A stretch of 64,000 nucleotides of DNA, taken from NCBI RefSeq assembly GCF_009914755.1, contig NC_060946.1; one strand, given 5' to 3'. The stretch comes from the human T2T-CHM13v2.0 reference genome, Homo sapiens. Position 1 is the first letter of the stretch. Each line of letters opens with the position of its first letter. The notes under the pieces were generated by a model. The model ran no database searches and was not told the origin of the DNA. It worked only from the letters and a program-made list of their open reading frames with translations. This document shows positions 1 through 64,000 of the stretch, piece by piece. Both the position numbers and the translations under genes were made by a program.

Positions 1-290
1 ACCATAAAGCTTGTCGAAGGAATCACAGAAGAGCATTTAATGCCTGAGAAGCTGGACACCCTGTTTACACTGAGCGATTATTACATACCGCATGCCTGCA
101 TCATCATATTTCACGTAACCCACAAATATATACACCTACTGTGTACCCACAGAAATTAAAAAAAAAACAAATTAGCAAAAACTCCAAAAAAAAAAAAAAA
201 AGGCATCACTAAGAAAGCAAAAAGGCAAAAACCACAGACTGGGAGGAAACAGTCCCACTGTGCATATCTGACAAATAAATACACAGAAGA

Positions 291-2571
<2,281 letters not shown>

Positions 2572-3364
2572 CTAGCCTGAGGCCGAGGGGCACATGGAGC
2601 TGGCCTGAGCCCAGCCAGGAGTCTGGAAGCAAGCCCAGCTCCTCCCGGCCGTGCCCTCGAGGGCCTGACCGCGAAACGCTCGTACGCACGGGTTGGAGTT
2701 GTTTGCCACGCGTGGCAACTGCGGCAGGAACCTGACTCACGCACGGACGCCAGCACCCACAAGTGAGAGGCGCCTCAGACACGTGGTGTCGGCTTTGGAA
2801 GCAGCTGGTGGGTGGTGAGGAAATGTCACAGCTCTGGAAAGACAGAGGCCTCTGTAAGGTGGTGTCAAAATGCCAGGTTGAATCAACAGTCATCTGCGGG
2901 GACTCCGAAGGCAGGCAATCCGCCCAGTGAACTGGCAGCACCGGGCAGGAGGGTCTGGAGGGAGAACCCTGGTGGCATGGCTGGTGTGTGAGGATCAAAG
3001 GCAGAGGAGATCTTTCCTCTTCAGCATGGTAATTTGGCACTGGGCTAAGCCTCCAGCTGCCTCCCGCTGGTGACCTGGTAAAGGGGAACATAAACTCCTT
3101 TGGTCGGCAACATTGCTTACGGCAACACTGCCCTGTGGCAGGCAGACCACGTGGGGACTGGGGAGTCATTGGTGTCTGGGAGGCCACGTCACTGGCCTTC
3201 CTGAGTGATCCCCACACCTGGGAATGTGCCCTGCGGGCCATAGCCGCGGGATTGCTGCAGGAGGAACTTCGCCTCCCGTGGGGCAAGAGGCATCTCCGTG
3301 AGTGGGTCCCAGCCCCTGAATCGCAGTGGGAATCAGGGAGGCGGCAACACCTGCGTGCCGTCAT

Positions 3365-5815
3365 AAAGACCCCCACCATGCCCTCGTAAAGACCCCCATC
3401 ACACCGTCCTGAAGACCCCACACACACTCGTAAAGACCCCCGTCATACCATCCTGAAGACCCCACACACCCTCGTAAAGACCCCCATCATACCATCCTAA
3501 AGACCCCCACACACACTCGTAAAGACCCCATCACACCGTCCTGAAGACCCACACATACCCTCGTAAAGACCCCATCACACCATCCTAAAGACCCCCACAC
3601 ACACTCGTAAAGACCCCATCACACCATCCTGAAGACCCCCACACACACTCGTAAAGACCCCCATCACACCGTCCTGAAGACCCCACACACACTCGTAAAG
3701 ACCCCCGTCATACCATCCTAAAGACCCCCACACACACTCGTAAAGACCCCATCACACCGTCCTGAAGACCCCCACATACCCTCGTAAAGACCCCCATCAC
3801 ACCATCCTGAAGACCCCCACACACACTCGTAAAGACCCCATCACACCATCCTAAAGACCCCCACACACACTCGTAAAGACCCCATCACACCATCCTGAAG
3901 ACCCCACACACCCTCGTAAAGACCCCATCACACCGTCCTAAAGACCCCCACATACCCTCGTAAAGACCCCCATCACACCGTCCTGAAGACCCCCACACAC
4001 CCTCGTAAAGACCCCATCACACCGTCCTGAAGACCCCACACACCCTCGTAAAGACCCCATCACACCGTCCTGAAGACCCCACACACCCTCGTAAAGACCC
4101 CATCACACCGTCCTGAAGACCCCCACACACCCTCGTAAAGACCCCATCACACCGTCCTGAAGACCCCCACACACACTCGTAAAGACCCCATCACACCGTC
4201 CTGAAGACCCCACACACCCTCGTAAAGACCCCATCACACCGTCCTGAAGACCCCCACACACACTCGTAAAGACCCCATCACACCGTCCTGAAGACCCCCA
4301 CACACACTCGTAAAGACCCCATCACACCGTCCTGAAGACCCCACACACCCTCGTAAAGACCCCATCACACCGTCCTGAAGACCCCACACACCCTCGTAAA
4401 GACCCCATCACACCGTCCTAAAGACCCCCACACACACTCGTAAAGACCCCATCACACCATCCTGAAGACCCCACACACCCTCGTAAAGACCCCATCACAC
4501 CGTCCTGAAGACCCCACACACCCTCGTAAAGACCCCATCACACCGTCCTGAAGACCCCACACACACTCGTAAAGACCCCATCACACCATCCTGAAGACCC
4601 CACACACCCTCGTAAAGACCCCCATCACACCGTCCTAAAGACCCCCACACACACTCGTAAAGACCCCATCACACCATCCTGAAGACCCCACACACCCTCG
4701 TAAAGACCCCATCACACCGTCCTGAAGACCCCACACACCCTCGTAAAGACCCCATCACACCGTCCTAAAGACCCCCACACACACTCGTAAAGACCCCATC
4801 ACACCATCCTGAAGACCCCACACACCCTCGTAAAGACCCCATCACACCGTCCTGAAGACCCCACACACCCTCGTAAAGACCCCATCACACCGTCCTGAAG
4901 ACCCCACACACCCTCGTAAAGACCCCATCACACCGTCCTGAAGACCCCACACACCCTCGTAAAGACCCCATCACACCGTCCTGAAGACCCCACACACCCT
5001 CGTAAAGACCCCATCACACCGTCCTGAAGACCCCACACACCCTCGTAAAGACCCCATCACACCATCCTGAAGACCCCACACACCCTCGTAAAGACCCCAT
5101 CACACCGTCCTGAAGACCCCACACACCCTCGTAAAGACCCCATCACACCGTCCTGAAGACCCCACACACCCTCGTAAAGACCCCATCACACCGTCCTGAA
5201 GACCCCACACACCCTCGTAAAGACCCCATCACACCATCCTGAAGACCCCACACACCCTCGTAAAGACCCCATCACACCATCCTGAAGACCCCACACACCC
5301 TCGTAAAGACCCCATCACACCGTCCTGAAGACCCCACACACCCTCGTAAAGACCCCATCACACCGTCCTAAAGACCCCCACACACCCTCGTAAAGACCCC
5401 ATCACACCATCCTGAAGACCCCACACACCCTCGTAAAGACCCCATCACACCGTCCTGAAGACCCCACACACACTCGTAAAGACCCCCATCACACCGTCCT
5501 GAAGACCCCACACACCCTCGTAAAGACCCCATCACACCGTCCTGAAGACCCCCACACACACTCGTAAAGACCCCATCACACCATCCTGAAGACCCCACAC
5601 ACACTCGTAAAGACCCCATCACACCGTCCTGAAGACCCCACACACCCTCGTAAAGACCCCATCACACCATCCTGAAGACCCCACACACCCTCGTAAAGAC
5701 CCCATCACACCGTCCTAAAGACCCCCACACACACTCGTAAAGACCCCATCACACCATCCTGAAGACCCCACACACACTCGTAAAGACCCCATCACACCGT
5801 CCTAAAGACCCCCCC
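3365..5815. repeat. Large VNTR, 43-44-bp unit x ~56
   Basis: cctcgtaaagaccccatcacaccgtcctgaagaccccacacac, near-perfect array. Confidence 0.98.
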
Positions 5816-5819
5816 TATT

Positions 5820-6359
<540 letters not shown>

Positions 6360-6788
6360 TCAGCCTCCAGAGCCTTCAGAAAACCGCACGCCAAAGCCCC
6401 GCGGTCACTTTGGCCCCTCGCTCGGCCAGGGAGCTTGGTGCTGTTCACGGCGCTGTTCAAGGTCCTAACTCAAATCCTCCGACCCGCGCCACACCCCAGA
6501 GGTATGGGGACAAAGGCGTCACCCGCCAGGTTCTACAGAGGGGACCCCACCATCCACCTGGCCGGCACTCCCACGCCCCCCACCCCGAGACCCCCGTGCC
6601 GGGCTGGGACAGGTGCCCCAACCCCGCTCCCCGGCTCCCGCCGGCGCCTCCGTCAGGGGACACCCCGGGCCCCAGCACCGAAGCCTGCCCTGCGCCCCGC
6701 TCTGGAGGATGCAGCGGCTGCTGGCGAGGGTTGGGGATGCAGCAGGCGGCCCCCAAGCCCACAGCGCACCGCCGGCGGCGCAGGTTAC

Positions 6789-33206
<26,418 letters not shown>

Positions 33207-33329
33207 ACTGGCCTCCGACAGCTTGCCCTTTGCTCCTCTGACCCCTAGAGGAGAGGGTGTGGTGGTTACAGGAAACTGGGAGGGTGTGGGGGGCTCTGGG
33301 GATGGAGAGGGTTCTGAGGCCCAAGCTGA

Positions 33330-34480
33330 GGGTCAGGTCTGGGGTTGGGGATCAGCTCTGGGGTTGGGATCAGGTCTGGGTTGGGGGATGAGGTCTGGAG
33401 TTGGGAGGTCAGGTCTGAGTTGGGGTCAGGTCTGGGGATGGGAGTCAGGTCTGGGGATGGGAGTCAGGTCTGGGGTTGGGGGTCAGGTCTGGATTAGGGG
33501 TCAGCTCTGGGGTTGGGGATCAGGTCTGGGTTGAGGGATCAGTTCTAGGTTGGGGTCAGGTCTGGGCTTGGGGGTCAGGTCTGGGTTTGGGGGTCAGGAC
33601 TGGGTTTGGTGTCAGGTCTGGGTTGTGAGTCAGGTCTGGGTTGTGAGTCAGGTCTGGGTTGGGGGATCAGGTCTGGGTTGGGGTCAGGTCTGGGTTGGGC
33701 GGGAGGTCTGGGTTGGGGGTCAGGTCTGGGTTGTGAGTCAGGTCTGGGTTGTGGGTCAGGTCTGGGTTGAGCGGGAGGTCTGGGTTGGGGGTCAGGTCTG
33801 GGTTGGGGGTCAGGTCTGGGTTGGGGGTCAGGTCTGGGTTGGGGGATCAGGTCTGGATTGTGGGTCAGGTCTGGGTTGGGGTCAGGTCTGGGTTGGGGGG
33901 TCAGGTCTGGGTTGAGCGGAAGGTCTGGGTTGGGGGTCAGGTCTGGGTTGGGGGATCAGGTCTGGGTTGGGGTCAGGTCTGGGCTTGGGGGTCAGGTCTG
34001 GGTTTGGGGGTCAGGACTGGGTTTGGTGTCAGGTCTGGGTTGTGAGTCAGGTCTGGGTTGGGGGATCAGGTCTGGGTTGGGGTCAGGTCTGGGTTGGGCG
34101 GGAGGTCTGGGTTGGGGGTCAGGTCTGGGTTGTGAGTCAGGTCTGGGTTGGGGTCAGGTCTGGGTTGAGCGGGAGGTCTGGGTTGGGGGTCAGGTCTGGG
34201 TTGGGGTCAGGTCTGGGTTGGGGTCAGGTCTGGGTTGGGGGGTCAGGTCTGGGTTGAGCGGAAGGTCTGGGTTGGGGGTCAGGTCTGGGTTGGGGGTCAG
34301 GTCTGGGTTGGGGGTCAGGTCTGGGTTGGGAGATCAGGTCTGGGTTTTTGGGGTCAGGTCTGGGTCGGGGTCAGGTCTGGGTTGGGGGTCAGGTCTGGGT
34401 TGTGGGCATCAGGTCTCAATTGGGGATCAGGTCTAGGTCGAGGGGGAGGTCTGGGTTGGGGGTGCAGGTCTAGGTTAATG
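33330..34480. repeat. G-rich minisatellite, ~18-19-bp unit x ~60
   Basis: ggtcaggtctgggttgggg. Confidence 0.96.
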
Positions 34481-34699
34481 AGGAGAGGTATGGGGTTCTG
34501 AAGGCAGAGGGGAGTGGACAGCTGTGGAGTTCCCAGAAGATGGGGGAAGGTGGGGAGAACAGCTCTGGGCTTTCGAGGGCGGGCGAGTGGGTAGAGTTGG
34601 GCAGGTTTAGTGGGGGAGTTCTGTGGTTCCGAGCTAGGCGGGTCTGGGATTCCTAGGGTAAGGGGTCTAGAATTTGGAGGCCCGGGGCGGGGAGGGGGT

Positions 34700-35620
34700 A
34701 GGCCTGGGTTTCCGGGTGTGGGAGGCGGGTCTGGGGTTCCGAAGGCAGATGGGGAGGAGGGGTCCTGTCCGGGATCGGAAGCGCGGACGGGCCTGGGGTT
34801 CCGCGGTCGGGGGTCGTGCTCACCGGGGACCGGGTCAGTGGCTCGCGCTGCGCCGCCCGGCTTCCTGGGGTTGCCTGGGACAACGTGCTGGGGCGGCCAC
34901 GCGCATTGTGCACCCCCGGTGCGGCGGCTGCTGGGCCCGTGGCCTCGGGCTGTGCAGCGGCGGCGGCCCCGGGGCGTGGGGCTGCGCGGGCGGCGGGGGG
35001 CGCGGGGGCGCGGGGAGCTGCGGCGTGCGGGGGGCGCGGGCCCCGACGGGCAGCAGTCATCAGCGCTTGGGCTGGGCCCGGGTTGGGGTCCGGGTCCCGG
35101 GCTGCTGTCGGAGCAGGCGCGGCTGCGGGGTCGGCGGCGCGGGACGGTGCGCGCCATGGTGTCCGCCGGGGGAGGGCCCGAGTGTAGCCCCGGGTCACGC
35201 GCTGCGGCCCCGCGCCCCCCTGTGGAGGTCACACTCCATCCCCCACCAGGTCACAAAGACCCGCGGGTCACATCCTGCCCCTCCCCCTCGGGCCCCCCAG
35301 GCCCGCCAGGCCTTCTCGCCCTCCCCGGGGCCCTCATGCCGCCCTCTGTCCCTGGGCCCTTCCCCGACGCGAGGCTGGAGCGGCGGGGTGAGGAGGCCGC
35401 GGGCGCTGGGCTCCTCCCGGGCTGCGCGCTGCGGGTCCTGGCGGATGGGGGCGACGGGGTGACCGTAGCAGCGCCCCCCGTCCTGCGGCGGAACTTGGGA
35501 GGGCCTTGGTATCCGCAGAACCACTCGTGGGGTCCCACGCCGCTGCCCCCCGGGGGGTTCTGAGCCCACCCAGGTCCACACGGCCCCTGTCGTTTCCCCC
35601 CCCACCCCGCGGATCACCCC
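34700..35620. promoter_or_regulatory. CpG island, likely TTLL8 promoter
   Basis: Very high GC with dense CpG/GC boxes, immediately 5' of TTLL8. Confidence 0.85.
34914..35157 (-). CDS. TTLL8: Candidate upstream TTLL8 first coding exon in the CpG island (MARTVPRRRPRSR...RRTG)
   Basis: Kozak ACCATGG at 35157; 81 codons plus 1 nt to donor G|GTGCAC; phase matches downstream acceptors. Confidence 0.45.
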
Positions 35621-36078
35621 GCCAGGGCAGCTCGTGTCTGATCTGGCATCTCGGAGTGGAGGTAGGAAAGACACACCTGCCCCACCAGGACCCTCACTCC
35701 TGGCAACTTTCCAAAGCCTAGATGTCTTCATTTGGTTTTAAATCAACTTTATTTTGCATTTAACTTCCCAAGACACCCCAAAAGGGAGGTTCTGCCCCGA
35801 CTCTGAAGGGGCTGGTGGGGGACTTGAAGGGGGGGAGTGGGAGTGTCCCCTGGCGGGGGTGGTTCCCTTCCAGCTCCCTCCCTCTTCCCCGGGGAATGCC
35901 ACTGGGCTCTCACCAGACCCCAGTACTGGCCTCTAGGGGTTACACAAATCAGTGAGTGAAAAGCTGGCCCTCCCTCCACCCGCCCCTCCTCCCTGTGTCC
36001 CGATGTTTTTAGACCTGAGTGAGCTGACGCTGCTGAGACACAATATTAAATAGCCACAGCCACGTCTGCAAGTCAGCG

Positions 36079-36084
36079 TTTATT
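36079..36084 (-). terminator. MLC1 polyadenylation signal AATAAA (second copy at 35748-35753)
   Basis: TTTATT on the plus strand downstream of the 3'UTR. Confidence 0.8.
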
Positions 36085-37367
36085 GCTCAAGCGTATTAAA
36101 CAAAAATGTAGACTGAAAGAGACAGTTCTTTTAAACCCCATTTTTCCGGATTTTTTAAGCGCTCTAAAATAAGAAAATAAGAAAGTGCAAGCCAGCAAAA
36201 ACGCTCCAAGTGCCTAATTCTGACTCTGAAACTTGAGCTCTCTGGTCTGCCCCCAAGAAGACATCAGCCCGCCCCGGGTCGTCCCTGTGGCTCCCACCCC
36301 ATTCCCAGGAGCAGACCCCGCCAGCCTCAAAGCTGCAGGGAGGTGGGGGTGGCCTGCAGACAGGGTGGGGTCTGCATCCGGTACCAGTGACAGCAGCCTC
36401 TCCTCTCCCACGGTGGCGCTTGTTTGGGGCTGTGGCCAAAGTGTTTGCCCGGCCCCTGACTGTGTCCTTCCGGAGCTGCCGAGGACTGCAGAGAGGGCCT
36501 GGCTTGTCCCCTCTAGGAGCAGCTGGGAAGGTGTCTTGCCTGCATCCCCCTTCAATGGTTGAAAATAATGATTCCACTTGTCATGAACACCATGAAGGTA
36601 TCTTGGCAGCCAGAGTCACTCCTGTTCCGCAGTGGGAAACCTGGGAGGGTCCTCAAACCCCCTGGCAGGGTCTGCAGGCCGCCCCATCCAGCTGCATCTC
36701 CCAGGCCTCCTGGTTCTTTGATCTTGATGGCCCCAGGCCACAGATGCATCTCCGGGCCTTTCCAGCAGCCCATGGGGGACCAGTCAATACACCCCACGGC
36801 GGTGAAGAGAAAACGTTCATGTCTTCTCAGATCAGAAGGAAAGAAACAAAACCATTGTGAAGGAAAACACCTGCTGGAAAGTAATTATCAAAGTAACAGC
36901 ATTCCAGTTTCACAGTCGCCCCAACTCACTGTGGATTTACTGCCGTCAGCTGGGAGGACCCAGGCGCCCTCGGGACGAGGAGACGCAGGGAAACCCACTC
37001 CTGGCCATGGCACTACCCAAAGCCAGTGTTATTCTCACACCCAACTGTCCCTGCAGCCTGGCAGGTGGGCAGTGACCGCCTGGGCTGTACCCTAAGACCC
37101 CAAAACAGCGGAGATGGAGAAGACCGCTGCCCTGGGGCCTTCTCAGTGAGGATCAAGACAAAGTACTTGCTAGGAGGTAGAGGGCGCTGGGTGAACCTGT
37201 GAGAATTCCTGGGCTCTGACCTGATCTGTCCTGCATTTTGAGTAATGGGAGCAAACACAGGAGGGAGGGGCTCAGCTTCCCCCGGTCACTGGGGCCAGGG
37301 AGACGTGGTCCAGCCGGTTTACAAAGCCTTGGATGCAGCCCCACCCCCAAGAACACTGCCTGTCACA

Positions 37368-37520
37368 GCAGCGGCCACGTGGCACTCCAAGCTGGGCATG
37401 ACAGTGCCCGGGACGTGGGCAGCGGCCATGTGGCACTCCAAGCTGGGCATGACAGTGCCCGGGACGTGGGCAGCGGCCACGTGGCACTCCAAGCTGGGCA
37501 TGACAGCACCCAGGACGTGG
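37368..37520. repeat. 51-bp x3 tandem repeat in the MLC1 3'UTR
   Basis: gcagcggccacgtggcactccaagctgggcatgacagtgcccgggacgtgg. Confidence 0.95.
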
Positions 37521-38252
37521 GCCGGCCAGTGTGGCGGTGGATCCCTCTAGAATGACTGGGTCTAAGTAGGGAGACAGGGCAGGCGACCCGGCGTGGACTG
37601 GTGTGGATTTCACCTGGGAGAGCAGCGGCAGCCTGTGTCGCTTGCGCCCAGGCTCTGGAGGAGGGGCCCCTGCGGCTCCCGGGCCAGGACAGAGGCGCCC
37701 AGCCCTGCTCTCACTGTCCAGGAAGAGCCGCTGGGCAGCCTGAGCCTGGGGCAGGTGCACCTTGCAGGGAAGTGGGTAAGATCCCACTGGGCTGACTGAG
37801 TACCCGGGACAGACCCTAAGCGTGGAGGGAGGAAGCCCGGTCAGAGTGGGCAGGAGACGCAGGGACCCACAGTCTGGTCAGGTCCAGAGAGCCCACTCCA
37901 GCCCAAGCCATGAGAGAGGCAGGAAGAGGAGCTGGGGCCAGTTCAGGGGTGGGGCTCTCAAGAGGCCGAGCCGGGGGCCCTTCCTCGGCCTGGGAAGTTG
38001 CGGCCATGCTCCTGCTGTTACGACACGGGAGCCACTCGGAGCTGACTGATCTCACTGAGGCACAGACTAGCCAACATTGGCCTATTTTAAAATTAAACTA
38101 CCCTAGGAAGTGAAAACCCCACCTGCAGCCTGGTTTGCCCTCACACAAGGGAAAAGAGGTGTTAGAAGCAGTAGCTCAGGGCGATTAGGGGTTGTGCGTT
38201 TCCATGCTTGGGGCCAGGCTGGGCGCTGCCACCCGGTTTCCGCGTCTGGGGG

Positions 38253-61904
<23,652 letters not shown>

Positions 61905-62254
61905 TCAATAAGTTGTTTCCAAGAAATATTTTTTAACAAAAGAAATATTGTTCATACTGAAGTGCTCTAAATTTGAAGAAGAAAATGAGCACTTGAATCT
62001 AAAAGTGAAAAAGAAATAACTTTCCTAGAAAAACGGACCTGAATAGTCTGGGTTCAGGGTGAGATTCTACACTTTAAATGCCTCATTGATCCATCTGGGC
62101 CCTCCAGGTGCAACACCTGACAACATCCATCGGCAACTTCGTCCATGAACACATCACGCCGGGGACTCAAGCACGTTAAACTGCTCCAATTGGTAGCTAA
62201 ACGAGAGATTGCAAAACATGCCTCTACTCAACGGCTTAATGTCTGAGCACTTAC

Positions 62255-62400
62255 CTCCCCCGCTGCTCTGCCGTTGGGAGCACTGGTCTCTGGGTGAGGG
62301 ACTTCCAGCAAGAAGTATTCACAAATGAAACAAAAGCTCAGCAAACTTGAGCTGAAGGCAGGGGAAGGAGAGCTGCTTCCTGAATATCAATGAGGGGAGG
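62255..62400 (-). promoter_or_regulatory. MLC1: MLC1 non-coding first exon and proximal promoter
   Basis: Consensus donor GAG|GTAAGT at 62255/62254; no upstream ATG in the spliced leader; 5' end approximate. Confidence 0.75.
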
Positions 62401-62699
62401 AATCGGGTGGATCGTAGAAATGTTTCGTGTTGGTTGTGTAAACCACTGCCTCGGAGCTGTCAGAACCCAACTAGGAAAGGAAGGGGCCCTGCCTGTGCCA
62501 CTCGCCACAGAGCTCGGGTCTCTCAGAAGAAAGAAGCGTCCCTAAGAATAGAATCCCACCAAGTACACATTCTGAGCAGGCTCTGTTTCTGAAACGTAAC
62601 TGTTTACTCGAAGGTCTTCTACATCTTTCCAAGTAGCCTTTTTCCATCCCCCACAGCCACACGGTGGGAACCTCCTTCACACGGTCACATAAGCATTCA

Positions 62700-62830
62700 C
62701 GCACTCGGCTTAGCTGTGTGGCCTTGGGCGGCTCCGGATTCGGCCCTGTGGTTTGCGTGGGCAGCCCGGATGGCTGGTGGGCCCGGTCCTGCTGCCCCCT
62801 TTATCTCTGCTCACCAAGCAGAGAAAAACC
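62700..62830 (-). promoter_or_regulatory. MLC1: Possible alternative upstream first exon of MLC1
   Basis: Small CpG-rich patch with donor-like GTGCGT/GTGAAT near 62700; boundary not resolved. Confidence 0.35.
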
Positions 62831-63029
62831 ACAGTAATGTGTGTCGCCCAGAGACACTGGCACCCTGACAACTACAGCAACGGGTTCTTTGTGCACATTG
62901 TAAAAAGGCTCAAACTAAAGTTTCTGAAAAACCAGCTCCTTAAACCATGAACCCACATTAAAACTTGAGCAAAGTCATCAGGTTCCAGACCATGGGATGT
63001 TCTGTTGTCTTCGTTTCAATCAAGCAAGA

Positions 63030-63300
63030 AGCTTTTAGTAAGCTTTTATTAGCTTTTAGTAAGTTTTTATTAGCTTTTAGTAAGATTACACATACAAGCA
63101 TCCCTGTCCCAGTGAAAATGCCCACTAAATCACCTCGATCAAAATGCGTAAGTGTCAAGTACGCATAAATGCAGCTCAAAACACTTTGCTCAACCTCACC
63201 CCCACAGGAAACAGCAGTGATAAATTTTTAGCAATAAACGAAAGTTTAAGCTATACTAGTATTTTAGGGTTAGTTAATTTTGTGCCAGCCACCACAGCCA
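63030..63300 (+). pseudogene. NUMT: nuclear copy of the 5' part of mitochondrial 12S rRNA
   Basis: TAGTAAGATTACACAT.CAAGCATCCC, AATGCAGCTCAAAAC, GGAAACAGCAGTGAT, TAGCAATAAACGAAAGTTTAA and GTGCCAGCCACC are collinear with mt-12S. Confidence 0.93.
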
Positions 63301-63873
63301 ATGTTCTGTTGTCTTCATTTCAATCAAGCAAGGATGAGAAATAATTTTCAAAAACTATAATCTGTGAAGTCAAGAACTCATTTTAATGGATTGAGAAACC
63401 TCCCAAACTTCACTATCTTTTAAAGCGATAAACGGGATTAGTGGGAGTGGGTCCAACTGGATCGAATCCTCCTGTGTTTCTTTTTGTTTGGAAAAAAATG
63501 TTAATCGGATTTCAACATTTTTTTCTTTCAAAAGTTGCTCTCCACTTAGAAATACAAACAAGCTGCCCTGAACCAGAGGTTGCAGAGCAAATCCCTCAGC
63601 TTCCCAGATCATAAGTCATCACTTGAGAAATGCTCCCAAGTTTCTGTTGGCAACACTAGTTTCTAGAACAGGCCCTGTTCTTTCATACAATCTTCCAACA
63701 AATTCTTGCTCCTAAAATGCCCTTCATCCCTCTGCCTGCTGATGTCCCATCATCATTCAACATTCAACAAACATTTATGGGGTGGACAAAGAAGTGACGT
63801 CCTTCCTATAGGCTGTTTACATTCATTGGGGGCACAGGAGTGCACAGGATAAACAAATTAGTGTGTTATACAG

Positions 63874-64000
63874 TGATATGGTTTGGCTGTGTCCCCACTC
63901 AAATCTCATCTTGAATTGTAATTCCCATAATTCCTACATGTCGTGGAAGGGGCCCGGTGGGAGGTAATTGAATCATGGGGGTGGTTACCCCCATGCTGCT
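63874..64000 (+). mobile_element. THE1/MST MaLR LTR (runs off the window)
   Basis: TGATATGGTTTGGCTGTGTCCCCAC.CAAATCTCATCTTGAATTGTA. Confidence 0.9.

Larger units (their letters stand above)
36060..38252 (-). other. MLC1: MLC1 3'UTR (~2.2 kb)
   Basis: From the stop codon to just past AATAAA; 3' end inferred. Confidence 0.8.

Noticed and set aside
3365-5815. CRISPR-like array
   Set aside because: No unique spacers; this is a eukaryotic head-to-tail minisatellite. The same applies to the other arrays.
34610-35563. Long plus-strand ORFs (317 and 262 aa) over the CpG island
   Set aside because: Gly/Arg/Ala/Pro low-complexity products of stop-poor GC-rich DNA with non-ATG starts.
63030-63300. 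Functional rRNA gene or mitochondrial-derived peptide
   Set aside because: Only a ~250-bp diverged 5' fragment of 12S. It stops before the part of 12S that encodes MOTS-c.

Overview
Mammalian (almost certainly human) GC-rich, Alu-dense genomic DNA with two spliced genes in tandem on the minus strand. I recognise it from the proteins as the TTLL8-MLC1 locus (human 22q13.33, subtelomeric). MLC1 is complete: 11 coding exons from 61802 to 38253 sum to 1134 nt (377 aa plus stop), with an upstream non-coding exon and a ~2.2 kb 3'UTR ending near AATAAA at 36084-36079. TTLL8 (tubulin monoglycylase, ATP-grasp TTL family) is reconstructed over 12 phase-consistent exons from 33206 to 6789. Its last exon appears to lie beyond the left edge. 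The rest is about 35 Alus, old L1s, several LTRs, a mitochondrial 12S rRNA NUMT and about 15 minisatellites. I found no new multi-gene system. The most interesting structures are: (i) a VNTR built from ~20 tandem copies of the MLC1 exon-11 splice donor; (ii) a NUMT flanked by a 32-bp direct repeat with a triplicated junction; (iii) a CpG-island exon that could add an in-frame 94-aa Arg/Pro-rich N-terminus to TTLL8; (iv) an all-phase-0, internally duplicated MLC1 exon architecture with latent pseudo-exons; (v) three-layer nested insertions with readable target-site duplications. Exon coordinates were read base by base. Repeat boundaries are approximate and subfamily names are from memory.
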